From an uncultured Bacteriovoracaceae bacterium (GTDB lineage Bacteria; Bdellovibrionota; UBA1018; UBA923): a stretch of DNA of 64,000 nt. The notes below the pieces were generated by a model. That model had not been told where the DNA came from and did no database searches. It saw only the letters and a list, made by a program, of their open reading frames with translations. Position numbers and translations under genes: made by a program. The stretch spans positions 31,561 through 95,560 of the forward strand of contig CAZNGN010000008.1 of NCBI GenBank assembly GCA_964572865.1, written 5' to 3'. The stretch's first letter is position 1; each line of letters begins with the position of its first letter. Positions 9,962 through 18,947 of the stretch are shown piece after piece.

Positions 9962-10700
9962 TACATGTTTTACAATTGGAATTTTTTAGAATTTCAAAAG
10001 TATGTATTTTAGGCATTTCTGAAAAATCTAAATGAATGAATTTAGATTTAGTAACATTTAGTGGATTTGCTAAATATAAAATACTTTCGGTCGCTTGTAT
10101 GCCAGCAACAATTCCGGCAAATGAGCCTAACACACCAGCGCTTTCACAAGTTTGAATTCGTGCTTTTGGTTTTTGAGGATATACACATCGAAAACAAGGA
10201 CCATTATGTAAATTAAAAATTCCAACATGACCTTCAAATTGATCAATGGATCCATAAATAAATGGTTTCGAATAATTAAAACTAAAATCATTAATTAGTA
10301 ATTTAGTTTCAAAGTCATCGCATGCATCAATGATGATGTCATATTGTGCAAATAAATCATCCGCTATTTCGGAAGTTAATTGATAAGGATATGCAATTAC
10401 ATTTGTATTTGAATTAAATTTCTTTAAATTGTGTTGAGCTGCTAACGCTTTGTTTGTTCCTACATTCTCTTCAGAAAACAAAATCTGTCTGTGTAAATTG
10501 GATAAGCTTACCGTATCATAATCAATAACACCGATTGTTCCGATTCCTGCAGAAGCAAGATACATTGAAATGGGATTTCCTAATCCTCCCATTCCAACTA
10601 TGAGTGCTTTTGAATTGAGTAAGTTAGTTTGGCCGTTCGGCCCAATTTGGTTTAAACTAATCTGTCTTTGAAAGCGGATTGGATCAAACATTTTTGCCAA
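9885..10700 (-). CDS. moeB: Molybdopterin-synthase adenylyltransferase of the MoeB/ThiF E1-like family
   Basis: IVGMGGLGNPISMYLASAGIGTIGVIDYDTVSLSNLHRQ Rossmann/ThiF motif. C-terminal CxxC...CxxC zinc site. Its 3' end overlaps the convergent moaE by 77 nt. Confidence 0.8.
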   Translation of the reverse strand: MAKMFDPIRFQRQISLNQIGPNGQTNLLNSKALIVGMGGLGNPISMYLASAGIGTIGVIDYDTVSLSNLHRQILFSEENVGTNKALAAQHNLKKFNSNTNVIAYPYQLTSEIADDLFAQYDIIIDACDDFETKLLINDFSFNYSKPFIYGSIDQFEGHVGIFNLHNGPCFRCVYPQKPKARIQTCESAGVLGSFAGIVAGIQATESILYLANPLNVTKSKFIHLDFSEMPKIHTFEILKNSNCKTCTNTVNAQHHLNIGKENAPVATHSLQ

Positions 10701-12246
10701 TAGCTTTTTCTAAAATTCGTTCGCTGATTAAGAAGCCAACTCCGAGAGCAGTACCTAATCCGAAGAACATCATAAAGAAACTATAGTTCGACATGGTTGA
10801 GTAAAAGCCGCCCAAATATCCTGCCAAGTAGTTGCCGATGAATGAAGACAAGAACCACATTCCCATCATCATTGCGAGCATTCGAGCAGGTGCTACTTTT
10901 GTAACAAAGGATAAGCCAATCGGAGACAAATAAAGTTCTCCCATTGTGAATATAAATGTTGTTACAGTTAACCACATCATATTGATTAAAGATTTATCTG
11001 CGGTTACTTGAGAAGATCCCCACGCTAAAAATAAAAAGGCAGCGCCGGCTAAAAATGAACCAATCGCCATTTTGCGTACAGAAGAAGATTTCTTACCTTT
11101 TCGTGCACGAACTGCCCAAATGGTATCTAAGATCGGTGCAAATACGAAAATAAAAAATGGATTGAACGATTGATAGGTTTCAGCGCGTCCGCCTAAAATG
11201 GTCCAATCAGCTTTTTCATCTGCCCATAGTTGTAATGTATTTCCTTGTTGTTCAAAGATTGCCCAAAAGAAAATAGTCAAAGCACACAATACTACGAGAG
11301 CAGTTACTTTGCTGCGTTCAGTGTGATCTTTGAGTTTTGAAATGGTAAATGCAATCGAAGCAATGATTGCAACAATTGCGATCATTTTAATTGTCATTGG
11401 TAATGCTAAGAATACAAAAAAGCCAATCATTACTGCAAAAAATCCACCAGTGGTTTTTAAAGTAATTTGTTTTCGTTCTTGTTCTGGAGCAAGCTCTGAA
11501 GATTCAGGCGGCAAATGTTTGCGGCCCATGTGGTAAATGATTACGCCTAAAAGCATGCCGATACCAGCGAGGGTAAATCCAACGTGCCACGTAGCTTGTG
11601 GTTCGTTGTGTCCCATTCCTTTTGCAATCCATTCAGCAACGGTTGCACATAAGATTGGAGAGAAGAATGCACCTAAATTAATTCCCATATAAAATAATGT
11701 GAATGCACCGTCTCTGCGATCGTCGCCTTCAGGATATAAATTTCCAACTTGTGTAGATATGTTTGGTTTGAAAGCACCATTTCCTAAAATTAAGAAAAAT
11801 AATGCTAATAAGAATGAAGCTTCAAATGCCATCAAGAAGTGACCGATGGCCATTAAGATTGCACCGATGTAGACGGTTTTCTTTTTTCCAAAAACATGGT
11901 CGGCTAAAATTCCACCAAAGAATGGTGATAGATAAATAAAGCCTGTGTATAATCCATAAATTTCTGATGAGAAGGGTTGAATGTCGAGGGCTTTACCAGA
12001 ACTGCCTTCGATTATTTTACGTAAAACATCCATGCCGATTACACTTTGAAATCGGGCAGGATCACTCAATAAATATTTAGTCATGTATAATACGAGTAAT
12101 GCGCGCATTCCGTAGTAAGACATGCGTTCCCACATTTCTGTAAAAAATAAATAGAACAACCCTTTCGGATGAATAGTGCTCGATTTTTTGAGCATTACGA
12201 TGAGATAAACGAGAACTACTAAAACGATGATTGTGCCGATAGACAT
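10684..12246 (-). CDS. POT/PTR2-family proton-dependent di/tripeptide transporter
   Basis: MWERMSYYGMRALLVLYM PTR2 signature. About 12 predicted transmembrane helices. 520 aa. Confidence 0.8.
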   Translation of the reverse strand: MSIGTIIVLVVLVYLIVMLKKSSTIHPKGLFYLFFTEMWERMSYYGMRALLVLYMTKYLLSDPARFQSVIGMDVLRKIIEGSSGKALDIQPFSSEIYGLYTGFIYLSPFFGGILADHVFGKKKTVYIGAILMAIGHFLMAFEASFLLALFFLILGNGAFKPNISTQVGNLYPEGDDRRDGAFTLFYMGINLGAFFSPILCATVAEWIAKGMGHNEPQATWHVGFTLAGIGMLLGVIIYHMGRKHLPPESSELAPEQERKQITLKTTGGFFAVMIGFFVFLALPMTIKMIAIVAIIASIAFTISKLKDHTERSKVTALVVLCALTIFFWAIFEQQGNTLQLWADEKADWTILGGRAETYQSFNPFFIFVFAPILDTIWAVRARKGKKSSSVRKMAIGSFLAGAAFLFLAWGSSQVTADKSLINMMWLTVTTFIFTMGELYLSPIGLSFVTKVAPARMLAMMMGMWFLSSFIGNYLAGYLGGFYSTMSNYSFFMMFFGLGTALGVGFLISERILEKAIGKNV

Positions 12247-12312
12247 GTGGAAACTCCTTATATCTATAAGAAGTTGCTAAAGAGAACGCTAATTGTCAAA
12301 TTGGTTATTCAA

Positions 12313-12504
12313 TTATTGTGTAGTCCAAGAGTCTTGGCAGATGGTTGGATCGTTTGCTTCTTCAATATCTAGGTCTGAAGGATCGCCAGTGAGTGAAGCT
12401 TGAGTGCCCGTTTCAGCAGTTTTGTCAGTTACTTTTGAAGTGCATGATCCGATTGAAAGTGAAAGCGCTAGTAAAATGATAACGATACTGAAATATTTTG
12501 ACAC
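12313..12504 (-). CDS. Small lipoprotein, 63 aa
   Basis: GTG start 5 nt after AGGGGG. Signal peptide with lipobox IGSC. Acidic mature part. Confidence 0.45.
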   Translation of the reverse strand: MSKYFSIVIILLALSLSIGSCTSKVTDKTAETGTQASLTGDPSDLDIEEANDPTICQDSWTTQ

Positions 12505-12726
12505 AAAAACCCCCTGATATTGTCAATTATATCAGTTTATCGGCAAAATGTTCATAGACTTTAGTTATTTTTTAAGTATATGAAATTATTGATATATTAT
12601 TGACAGTTTGTGCTCTTCACTGTTTTGTATCATTAGAAAACAGCATGAAATTCAAGAAAAGTTGCATAATATCCGATAATTATAGTAAGATATTATATAT
12701 CTATATATATTGTACGTTGGTGGGGA

Positions 12727-15675
12727 ATGAAAATAAGGGTTCTATTATTTATTTTAGTTTTAGTCTCAGTTATCGGATTATCGTTCGATGCAATTGCAAC
12801 TCCATACTACGAGTTTGATACAACAAATTTTTATCCTGGCGATATTGGTGAAGATTCACAACCGACGATTAGTATAAGTGGTTGCCCATCTTATGGTGTC
12901 ACATTTGGAATCTATGATGATTCAAGTTGCACTAATTTAGCATTTGTTCCTAGTGCTCCGATTATGTGTATTGCACCACCAGATCCGTTCTTAGTTACAA
13001 CTACGAAAACATTAACAACAACCGGAATTTATAATTATTATATAAAATTTAATGGAGCTTGCGATATAAATTCAACTCATTACTTAAATAATTCTGCACC
13101 ACTTAAATATTATTATTTAAATCCGACTATGGAATTAGATCCGGTACAAACTCCAAACTATACTGATACTACTCCCACAATTTTAATTCATTCGGCGCTT
13201 CCTAATTCAATCTTAGAATTATTTAAAGATTCAAGCTGTAGCCAAAGCGTAAGCTCAACTGCTAATGCAAGCTCTACTGGTGAAGCTTCTATTACAACAA
13301 ATCATATTTTAACTGCATTGAATTTTTACTTAAAAGTGAAACGAAATTTAACTGATGATGGATATTGCATTCAAAATCATGTTTTATTTTATCCATTAAA
13401 TTCAGCTCTTGTTACAATGTCTAGAATTAATCCAACAGGTAGTAGATCAAATACAGTATTAAATCCTAAATTTAGAATTTCTAACATAAACACAATGGCA
13501 GGTCAGGTCATTAAATTAAAAGCTAAAAATACTAGTACAAATATTATTTCAACATCAGCAAATCATACAATTACTTCTATAGAGGCAAATGATGGATATG
13601 TTGATATCACATTTTCGCCTTCGCTAACTTGTTCGGCTTCCGTTTGTATTTTTAGTATTTATCCTAACATAAATGCTAACGATCATTACTATGTAGCTCT
13701 TGATTATATTTATGATATTGCAACGCCTTCGATTAATTCATTAACGTATACGATCAATGGTCAATTGAATTCACAATATAATACAAACAATGGAAATGTG
13801 ACAATATCTCTAAATCAAATTTGGCAAGATGATGTTTATACATTTTATTTTTATGCTAACAATAATTGTTCAGGCACCGAGAGTTCAATCGCAATATCAA
13901 ACTTTCAATCTAGTATCACAACGAATATTGATTTAGCTTTTGATGGAACTTATCAATTTTCTTATAAAGCAAAAGATTCAGCTGGTAACAATTCTTCACC
14001 AACATGTAGAATATTTACTAATCCAATCATTGCTGGATCAAACATAAACATGACAATAGATCGAGTCAGTCCTAATATCAGTAATATTAATATACAAAAA
14101 TCTGTAAACGGAGTTCTTCAAAATGCAAATGGACTTTGGTCTGATACAGTTAGTATTACTGCTAATTCAACTGATAATTCATATATTTTAAGTACTGCAA
14201 CAAAACTTAATATGAATAGAACTTATAATAATGTGGTATATAATGCGCAATTTAATTTAAATTGTACAAATAATGCACAAAATACAAGTTCAAATTGTTC
14301 ACTATCTCTTGATACGTTAAATAATTCTCAGTTTTTAGATCAATTTAAGTATATTCCAAATCAATCATCTACGCCTATATTATTAAGCTCAAATGCTGGT
14401 GTAAATTCTAACGGAAGTTATAACTTTACATTGAGTACGCTTGATAATTTTGGCAATTCTTACACATCTGCATCCTATTCAGCAGTTATATCAAATGATT
14501 TTGTCTCTCCAGTTATCAGTTTTAACAGTCCGCCAGAAAATGCAACTTTAAATGGAAATCCAACTTGTATTTTGGCAACAGGAACAGCGTTCCCTGTACA
14601 GCTGCAGCTTTCAGATGATACAGGTGGAAACAAAACTATGTTCGTATTTATGAATGAAAATCAAGCATCATTGCCAAGTGCATTTTCAAATGCAAATTGT
14701 CCTATAAGTGGAAGTACTACATTGCAGGGTATATCTACTATAAATATATTTCAAAGCGGAAATGTAAGTAATGGATTGTTTTCAACAAGTTTGAATACGA
14801 TTAGTAAAGCAAATAATATTTATTACTTGCGAGCTGTCGCCTGCGATTCTGCCGGACATATGAGTGTAGCACATGATTCATGTTTGAAAATTGCAAATGC
14901 AGTGAATGATACTGCAATTCCAACTGGATTAGCATTTAATAGTACACCAACAACTGCAAGTGGAAATAATTTTATTTTAACTGCAAAAGTTTTTGATGAT
15001 GTTCAAATCGCAAAAGTAGAGTTGTATAAGAATGGAGCACTTTATATGGTTAGTAGTGTTCCGCAAGATTTTACTCCGAATGCAGGTGATCCATGGAAAT
15101 ATGATTTTAAAATTAATACGCTAACGTTACCAAATGGCAGTGCTACATTTGCATTGAGAGCGTGTGATACTTCGAATAATTGCACATCCTTGACTGCTTC
15201 GATCATAGTAACGATACAAAATGCTGATCTAATTTTGCAGGCAGAAAACTATACGCCCATTGCAGGTTTGGTGTTTCCAATTGCTACATCTGCAGCAACA
15301 GGAAGTCCGATTGTGATTTCATTTCCTGTAGGTACTTCAAAATTTAATTGGATCACATATACTGTACAGCCACGATTTGCAGCAAATAATGATTATTATG
15401 TTTACGTACGATTGAGAGCAAAAGATTCAAATTTACCAACAGGATTAAAAATAAGTTTAGACAACGGTTTAACCTTTACGAATATGTCATATCGAAAAAA
15501 TAATACGTTTAAATGGTGTCGTTATCAGGTGAACGCTACTACTGCTCGAAAATTTAAATTTGATCCAGCTAATCCTAAGTCAGTTCAATTTAAATTTAAT
15601 AATTCAAATCTTGAAGTAGATAAAATATCGATTCTTCCTGCCGATGCCACTTCAATCAACCTACAAAATCAGTAA
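12727..15675 (+). CDS. Large secreted Asn/Ser/Thr-rich surface protein, 982 aa, a probable adhesin with Ig-like beta domains
   Basis: Signal peptide MKIRVLLFILVLVSVIGLSFDAIA. 982 aa uninterrupted. Highly N/S/T-rich with many NxS/T sites. No enzymatic motif recognised. Confidence 0.6.
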   Translation: MKIRVLLFILVLVSVIGLSFDAIATPYYEFDTTNFYPGDIGEDSQPTISISGCPSYGVTFGIYDDSSCTNLAFVPSAPIMCIAPPDPFLVTTTKTLTTTGIYNYYIKFNGACDINSTHYLNNSAPLKYYYLNPTMELDPVQTPNYTDTTPTILIHSALPNSILELFKDSSCSQSVSSTANASSTGEASITTNHILTALNFYLKVKRNLTDDGYCIQNHVLFYPLNSALVTMSRINPTGSRSNTVLNPKFRISNINTMAGQVIKLKAKNTSTNIISTSANHTITSIEANDGYVDITFSPSLTCSASVCIFSIYPNINANDHYYVALDYIYDIATPSINSLTYTINGQLNSQYNTNNGNVTISLNQIWQDDVYTFYFYANNNCSGTESSIAISNFQSSITTNIDLAFDGTYQFSYKAKDSAGNNSSPTCRIFTNPIIAGSNINMTIDRVSPNISNINIQKSVNGVLQNANGLWSDTVSITANSTDNSYILSTATKLNMNRTYNNVVYNAQFNLNCTNNAQNTSSNCSLSLDTLNNSQFLDQFKYIPNQSSTPILLSSNAGVNSNGSYNFTLSTLDNFGNSYTSASYSAVISNDFVSPVISFNSPPENATLNGNPTCILATGTAFPVQLQLSDDTGGNKTMFVFMNENQASLPSAFSNANCPISGSTTLQGISTINIFQSGNVSNGLFSTSLNTISKANNIYYLRAVACDSAGHMSVAHDSCLKIANAVNDTAIPTGLAFNSTPTTASGNNFILTAKVFDDVQIAKVELYKNGALYMVSSVPQDFTPNAGDPWKYDFKINTLTLPNGSATFALRACDTSNNCTSLTASIIVTIQNADLILQAENYTPIAGLVFPIATSAATGSPIVISFPVGTSKFNWITYTVQPRFAANNDYYVYVRLRAKDSNLPTGLKISLDNGLTFTNMSYRKNNTFKWCRYQVNATTARKFKFDPANPKSVQFKFNNSNLEVDKISILPADATSINLQNQ

Positions 15676-15779
15676 AATTACTCCTTAACGCAGCGCGCTT
15701 AAGACATATATGCCTAGATAATTATTGATAAATTATACAAAAAATTGAAGACTAAGTTATCCTAACAGAAGGGGGAAAT

Positions 15780-16010
15780 ATGAAGACAATCATGTCATCA
15801 ATCTTATGTTTAATGTTCGTTGGAGCATCAGCGTTTGCTTGTCCTTGCAAAGAAGGAAAAGAAGCAAAAGCCACTGAAAAAGGCGCTAAAGTAGCTTGTG
15901 CATGTAAAGAAGGCAAAGAATGTAAAAGCTGCAAAGAGTGCAATGGCAAAAACTGCGAGCATCATAAGCATAAAGATGCTGAACCTAAAAAAGAAGAAGC
16001 ACATACATAA
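15780..16010 (+). CDS. Small secreted Cys/His/Lys-rich protein, metallothionein-like and probably metal-binding
   Basis: AAGGGGG RBS. Signal peptide (…GASAFA). The 56-aa mature part has 8 Cys in CPC, CAC, CKSCKEC and NC motifs with the internal repeat C(P/A)CKEGKE, and a C-terminal HHKHK. Confidence 0.6.
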   Translation: MKTIMSSILCLMFVGASAFACPCKEGKEAKATEKGAKVACACKEGKECKSCKECNGKNCEHHKHKDAEPKKEEAHT

Positions 16011-16124
16011 GTATTTGTAACCACTAGGTTAATGGCTATTTCAAGGACGATTGACACGGAGTATTAATTCGTGATAGCTACTTAGTTGTCGTCGTCTCGT
16101 CAGTACATGAGAAGGGGAATGTGT

Positions 16125-17798
16125 ATGATGAGAGTTAAAAGTCTAATAATTATTTCTATTATTATTTTATCTTCTTTGGTTTTTACCGCATGTAAAAATC
16201 CATTTAGTAAGGAAGATTCTAGTTCGCAAAACTCTACAAATACTCCTGCACCAACTTTCACTGGAGTTGTAATTGGCATTGATCCTACGACCGATTTAAC
16301 GTTAGCTCCACAATTAATTAAAGATACAGTTCTTTGGGACTCTTCTGGAAAAGTAGTAACTGGCACAATGGAAGATCGTGGAACTTGGGATTTAACTTCT
16401 GCATTTTTAGGTGAAGGACACTATTCAGGTGTTTCAAATTTACCAAACTCAAATCAAGTTTGCACTGGTAATACGATTTTAGGTGTTACAGGAGCAGCTG
16501 TTTGCCAAAGTGGAACAGCAACCACGCTTGCTTCTACTTCTCAAATTTTATCGGGATTTCAAGCTTGGGATTCTACAGGCACGTTGATGACGGGAACAAT
16601 GACTTCTCAAGGAAGTTTAAATGCTTCTCTTAGTTTTCCGGGAGCTGGATATTATTCAGGCACTGTAACTAACTTACCGACAACTTCACAAGTTTGTAGT
16701 TCAGTGAATGTATTAGGAGTTACAGGAGCAGCTGTTTGTCAAAGCGGCTCGACTACTTCTCCTGCCGGTGTTGGAAATATTTTAAATGGCTTAGAAGCTT
16801 GGAGTGCGACAGGCAATAAGATTACAGGCACTATGCCAAATCGTGGTTCATTAGATGCGACTCAGAGTTTTCCGGGAAATGGGTATTACTCTGGAATTGT
16901 AACCAATTCTCCAACTGCAGCTACCATTTGTAGTGGAAATACAGTTTTAGGTATAGCAGGAACTGCAATTTGTGGAGCACCTGCAACTCCATATTCATCA
17001 AATGCAAATCGCGATAAAAACACTACTCAAATTACACAGCTTCAAGAAACTGTGACGTATGCTGGTACTAGTTTGCCAAATAATTATCGCGAAATGCCAT
17101 TTGTATCTAAAGATGATGATGGTTCATTTTCATCAAATGCTACTAAAGTTGTGCGAACAACTTTTGTGAATTGTGGATTAACACAAACTACGATTACAGC
17201 TCGAATCAGCGACTGCGCAACCTTAAATGGTGTCAATGCAACGTGGGATGGACAGGTCAAAGGAAATAATGGTTTTGGTGTATGGAAGCTTGTTACAAGA
17301 ACCGCAGCAAATATCGAAGTATGGCGTGATGAACGCACAGGTTTATTGTGGTCATCAAAAGTTGCAACATCAAAAAATTGGTGTAAAGCTTCTGGAAATA
17401 ATAATAGTTCAGTTGTAACAAACACAAATTTTAAAGAAAATGATCCCAATGGTACTTGTACGAATTCATCGAATCAAAATACAACCACAGCACCAATTTC
17501 ATATTGTTTAGAAAATGCACAATTTGATACTTCAAATGTAAATGCTGCAGGCAAAGCTGGATTAAAAGCAAGTTCAACACCAACTGTTCGTTGGAGGCTA
17601 CCTACTTTGAATGATTATTTGCAAGCACAAGTGGATGGTATTAATTTAGTGCTTCCTGATTTTAGTACTTCGTATGAATGGACGGCAACGATTAACTCAG
17701 CAAATACATCGCAAGCATGGATGTATAGACCTGCATCAACAATCATTGCAACCAATCCTAGATCAAATAATCGCGATGTTCGTTGTGTGGGAAGATAA
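16125..17798 (+). CDS. Lipoprotein with three tandem Cys-capped repeats of about 70 aa and a C-terminal DUF1566 (Lcl C-terminal, lectin-like) domain
   Basis: GAAGGGGAA RBS then ATG at 16125, chosen over the upstream in-frame ATG at 16086. Lipobox VFTAC. The repeats end in QVCxxNxxLGVTGAAVC. The C-terminal domain has VWRDERTGLLWS...VRWRLPTLNDYLQA...YEW, typical of DUF1566. Confidence 0.65.
   Translation: MMRVKSLIIISIIILSSLVFTACKNPFSKEDSSSQNSTNTPAPTFTGVVIGIDPTTDLTLAPQLIKDTVLWDSSGKVVTGTMEDRGTWDLTSAFLGEGHYSGVSNLPNSNQVCTGNTILGVTGAAVCQSGTATTLASTSQILSGFQAWDSTGTLMTGTMTSQGSLNASLSFPGAGYYSGTVTNLPTTSQVCSSVNVLGVTGAAVCQSGSTTSPAGVGNILNGLEAWSATGNKITGTMPNRGSLDATQSFPGNGYYSGIVTNSPTAATICSGNTVLGIAGTAICGAPATPYSSNANRDKNTTQITQLQETVTYAGTSLPNNYREMPFVSKDDDGSFSSNATKVVRTTFVNCGLTQTTITARISDCATLNGVNATWDGQVKGNNGFGVWKLVTRTAANIEVWRDERTGLLWSSKVATSKNWCKASGNNNSSVVTNTNFKENDPNGTCTNSSNQNTTTAPISYCLENAQFDTSNVNAAGKAGLKASSTPTVRWRLPTLNDYLQAQVDGINLVLPDFSTSYEWTATINSANTSQAWMYRPASTIIATNPRSNNRDVRCVGR
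16311..16973 (+). repeat. Three tandem in-frame repeats of about 70 aa (210-225 nt) in the DUF1566 lipoprotein
   Basis: Each unit reads (ILxGxxAW(D/S)xxGxxxTGTMxxRGSxxxxxSFPGxGYYSGxVTNxPTxxxxCxxxxxLGxxGxAxC). The three units align with each other. Confidence 0.6.
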
Positions 17799-17801
17799 TT
17801 A

Positions 17802-18947
17802 TTAAATCAATCCAGTGACATGGTTTGCAATTGCAAGTGAGGACGTAAGTCCAGGTGATTCAATTCCTAATAGATTGATCCAGCCCGAATGTCCGCGGTC
17901 AGTTTCTTTTGCGATATAAAAATCACCAAGTTGTTTGCCATCAAAACCAATTAGCTTTGGTCTTACGCCGACGAAACCAGGAGTTAAATTAGCAGCGTTC
18001 ACGTTAGGTAGATATCGTGTTACAGCTTTTAAGAATTTTTGTGTAAGAGGTTCGATGTCTTCATCGTAAAAGTTTAAATCCACTCGATCTGCTTGTCTCC
18101 AATCAGTGTCAGGGCCAAGTCTTGCCATTCCTTCAAGATCTAAAGTCAAATGAATTCCCAGACCACCGCCCTTTGTATCTGGAAGAGGATAAATTAATTT
18201 TTTAGTAATATTTTTAAATTTATTTGATAAATGAAAATAATGACCGCGAACATAGGACATTAAAAAGGGCGGCTCCTCACCAAAAATATTTTTTGATAAA
18301 TCAAAAGCGCCAAGCCCTGCAGAATTGATAAGGATATCAGTATGCACTTTCATTTTGTCAGAGCCAGGTTGAGAAATGAGGAGTTCATAACCTTGTGTGA
18401 GTTTAGTCCACTGCAAACATTTACTTTGCTTAAATATTAAAACCCCATTTTGTTCGCTTAAAAGTGCTAATCTTTGTGTGTACTCTTCGCTATCGATGAT
18501 ACCTGTTGAGGTCGATAAAAGAGCGTGCTTTGCATTTATATTAGGCTCCAATGATTTAATTCTAGATTCATCAATTATTTTAGTAGGAACAAAATTATCT
18601 TTGGCTCTTTGATGCATCTTTTGGAGTTCTTCTAGTTCTACCTCATCATGAGCAACAACTAGTTTTTCGCATTTTTGAAATGCGATTTCATTTGATTGGC
18701 AAAAGTCATACAAAAGTGGCTTTCCCTCTAAACAAAATTTCTCTTTTAGTGAGCCTTCTTTATAATAAAGCCCTGCATGAATGACTTCAGAGTTACGAGC
18801 CGTTGTTTCGGTTCCTAAACGTTCGTGTTGTTCTATTAATAGAATACTTTTATTTTTGTATTTTTTAGAAATTGAATATGCACAAGCAACGCCAATTACA
18901 CCGCCGCCAATAATAACGATATCAAAAGAAATTTCGTGTTTGCTCAA
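17802..18947 (-). CDS. FAD-dependent oxidoreductase of the L-2-hydroxyglutarate oxidase (LhgO) family
   Basis: DIVIIGGGVIGVACAY dinucleotide fold. Collinear similarity to LhgO (EVIHAGLYYKEGSLKEKFCLEG, LIYPLPD). Confidence 0.6.
   Translation of the reverse strand: MSKHEISFDIVIIGGGVIGVACAYSISKKYKNKSILLIEQHERLGTETTARNSEVIHAGLYYKEGSLKEKFCLEGKPLLYDFCQSNEIAFQKCEKLVVAHDEVELEELQKMHQRAKDNFVPTKIIDESRIKSLEPNINAKHALLSTSTGIIDSEEYTQRLALLSEQNGVLIFKQSKCLQWTKLTQGYELLISQPGSDKMKVHTDILINSAGLGAFDLSKNIFGEEPPFLMSYVRGHYFHLSNKFKNITKKLIYPLPDTKGGGLGIHLTLDLEGMARLGPDTDWRQADRVDLNFYDEDIEPLTQKFLKAVTRYLPNVNAANLTPGFVGVRPKLIGFDGKQLGDFYIAKETDRGHSGWINLLGIESPGLTSSLAIANHVTGLI

Noticed and set aside
15676-15779. Imperfect hairpin cttaacgc-agc-gcgcttaag after the 982-aa gene, as a possible terminator
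   Set aside because: The stem needs a bulge and is not followed by a U-tract. Support is too weak to call.
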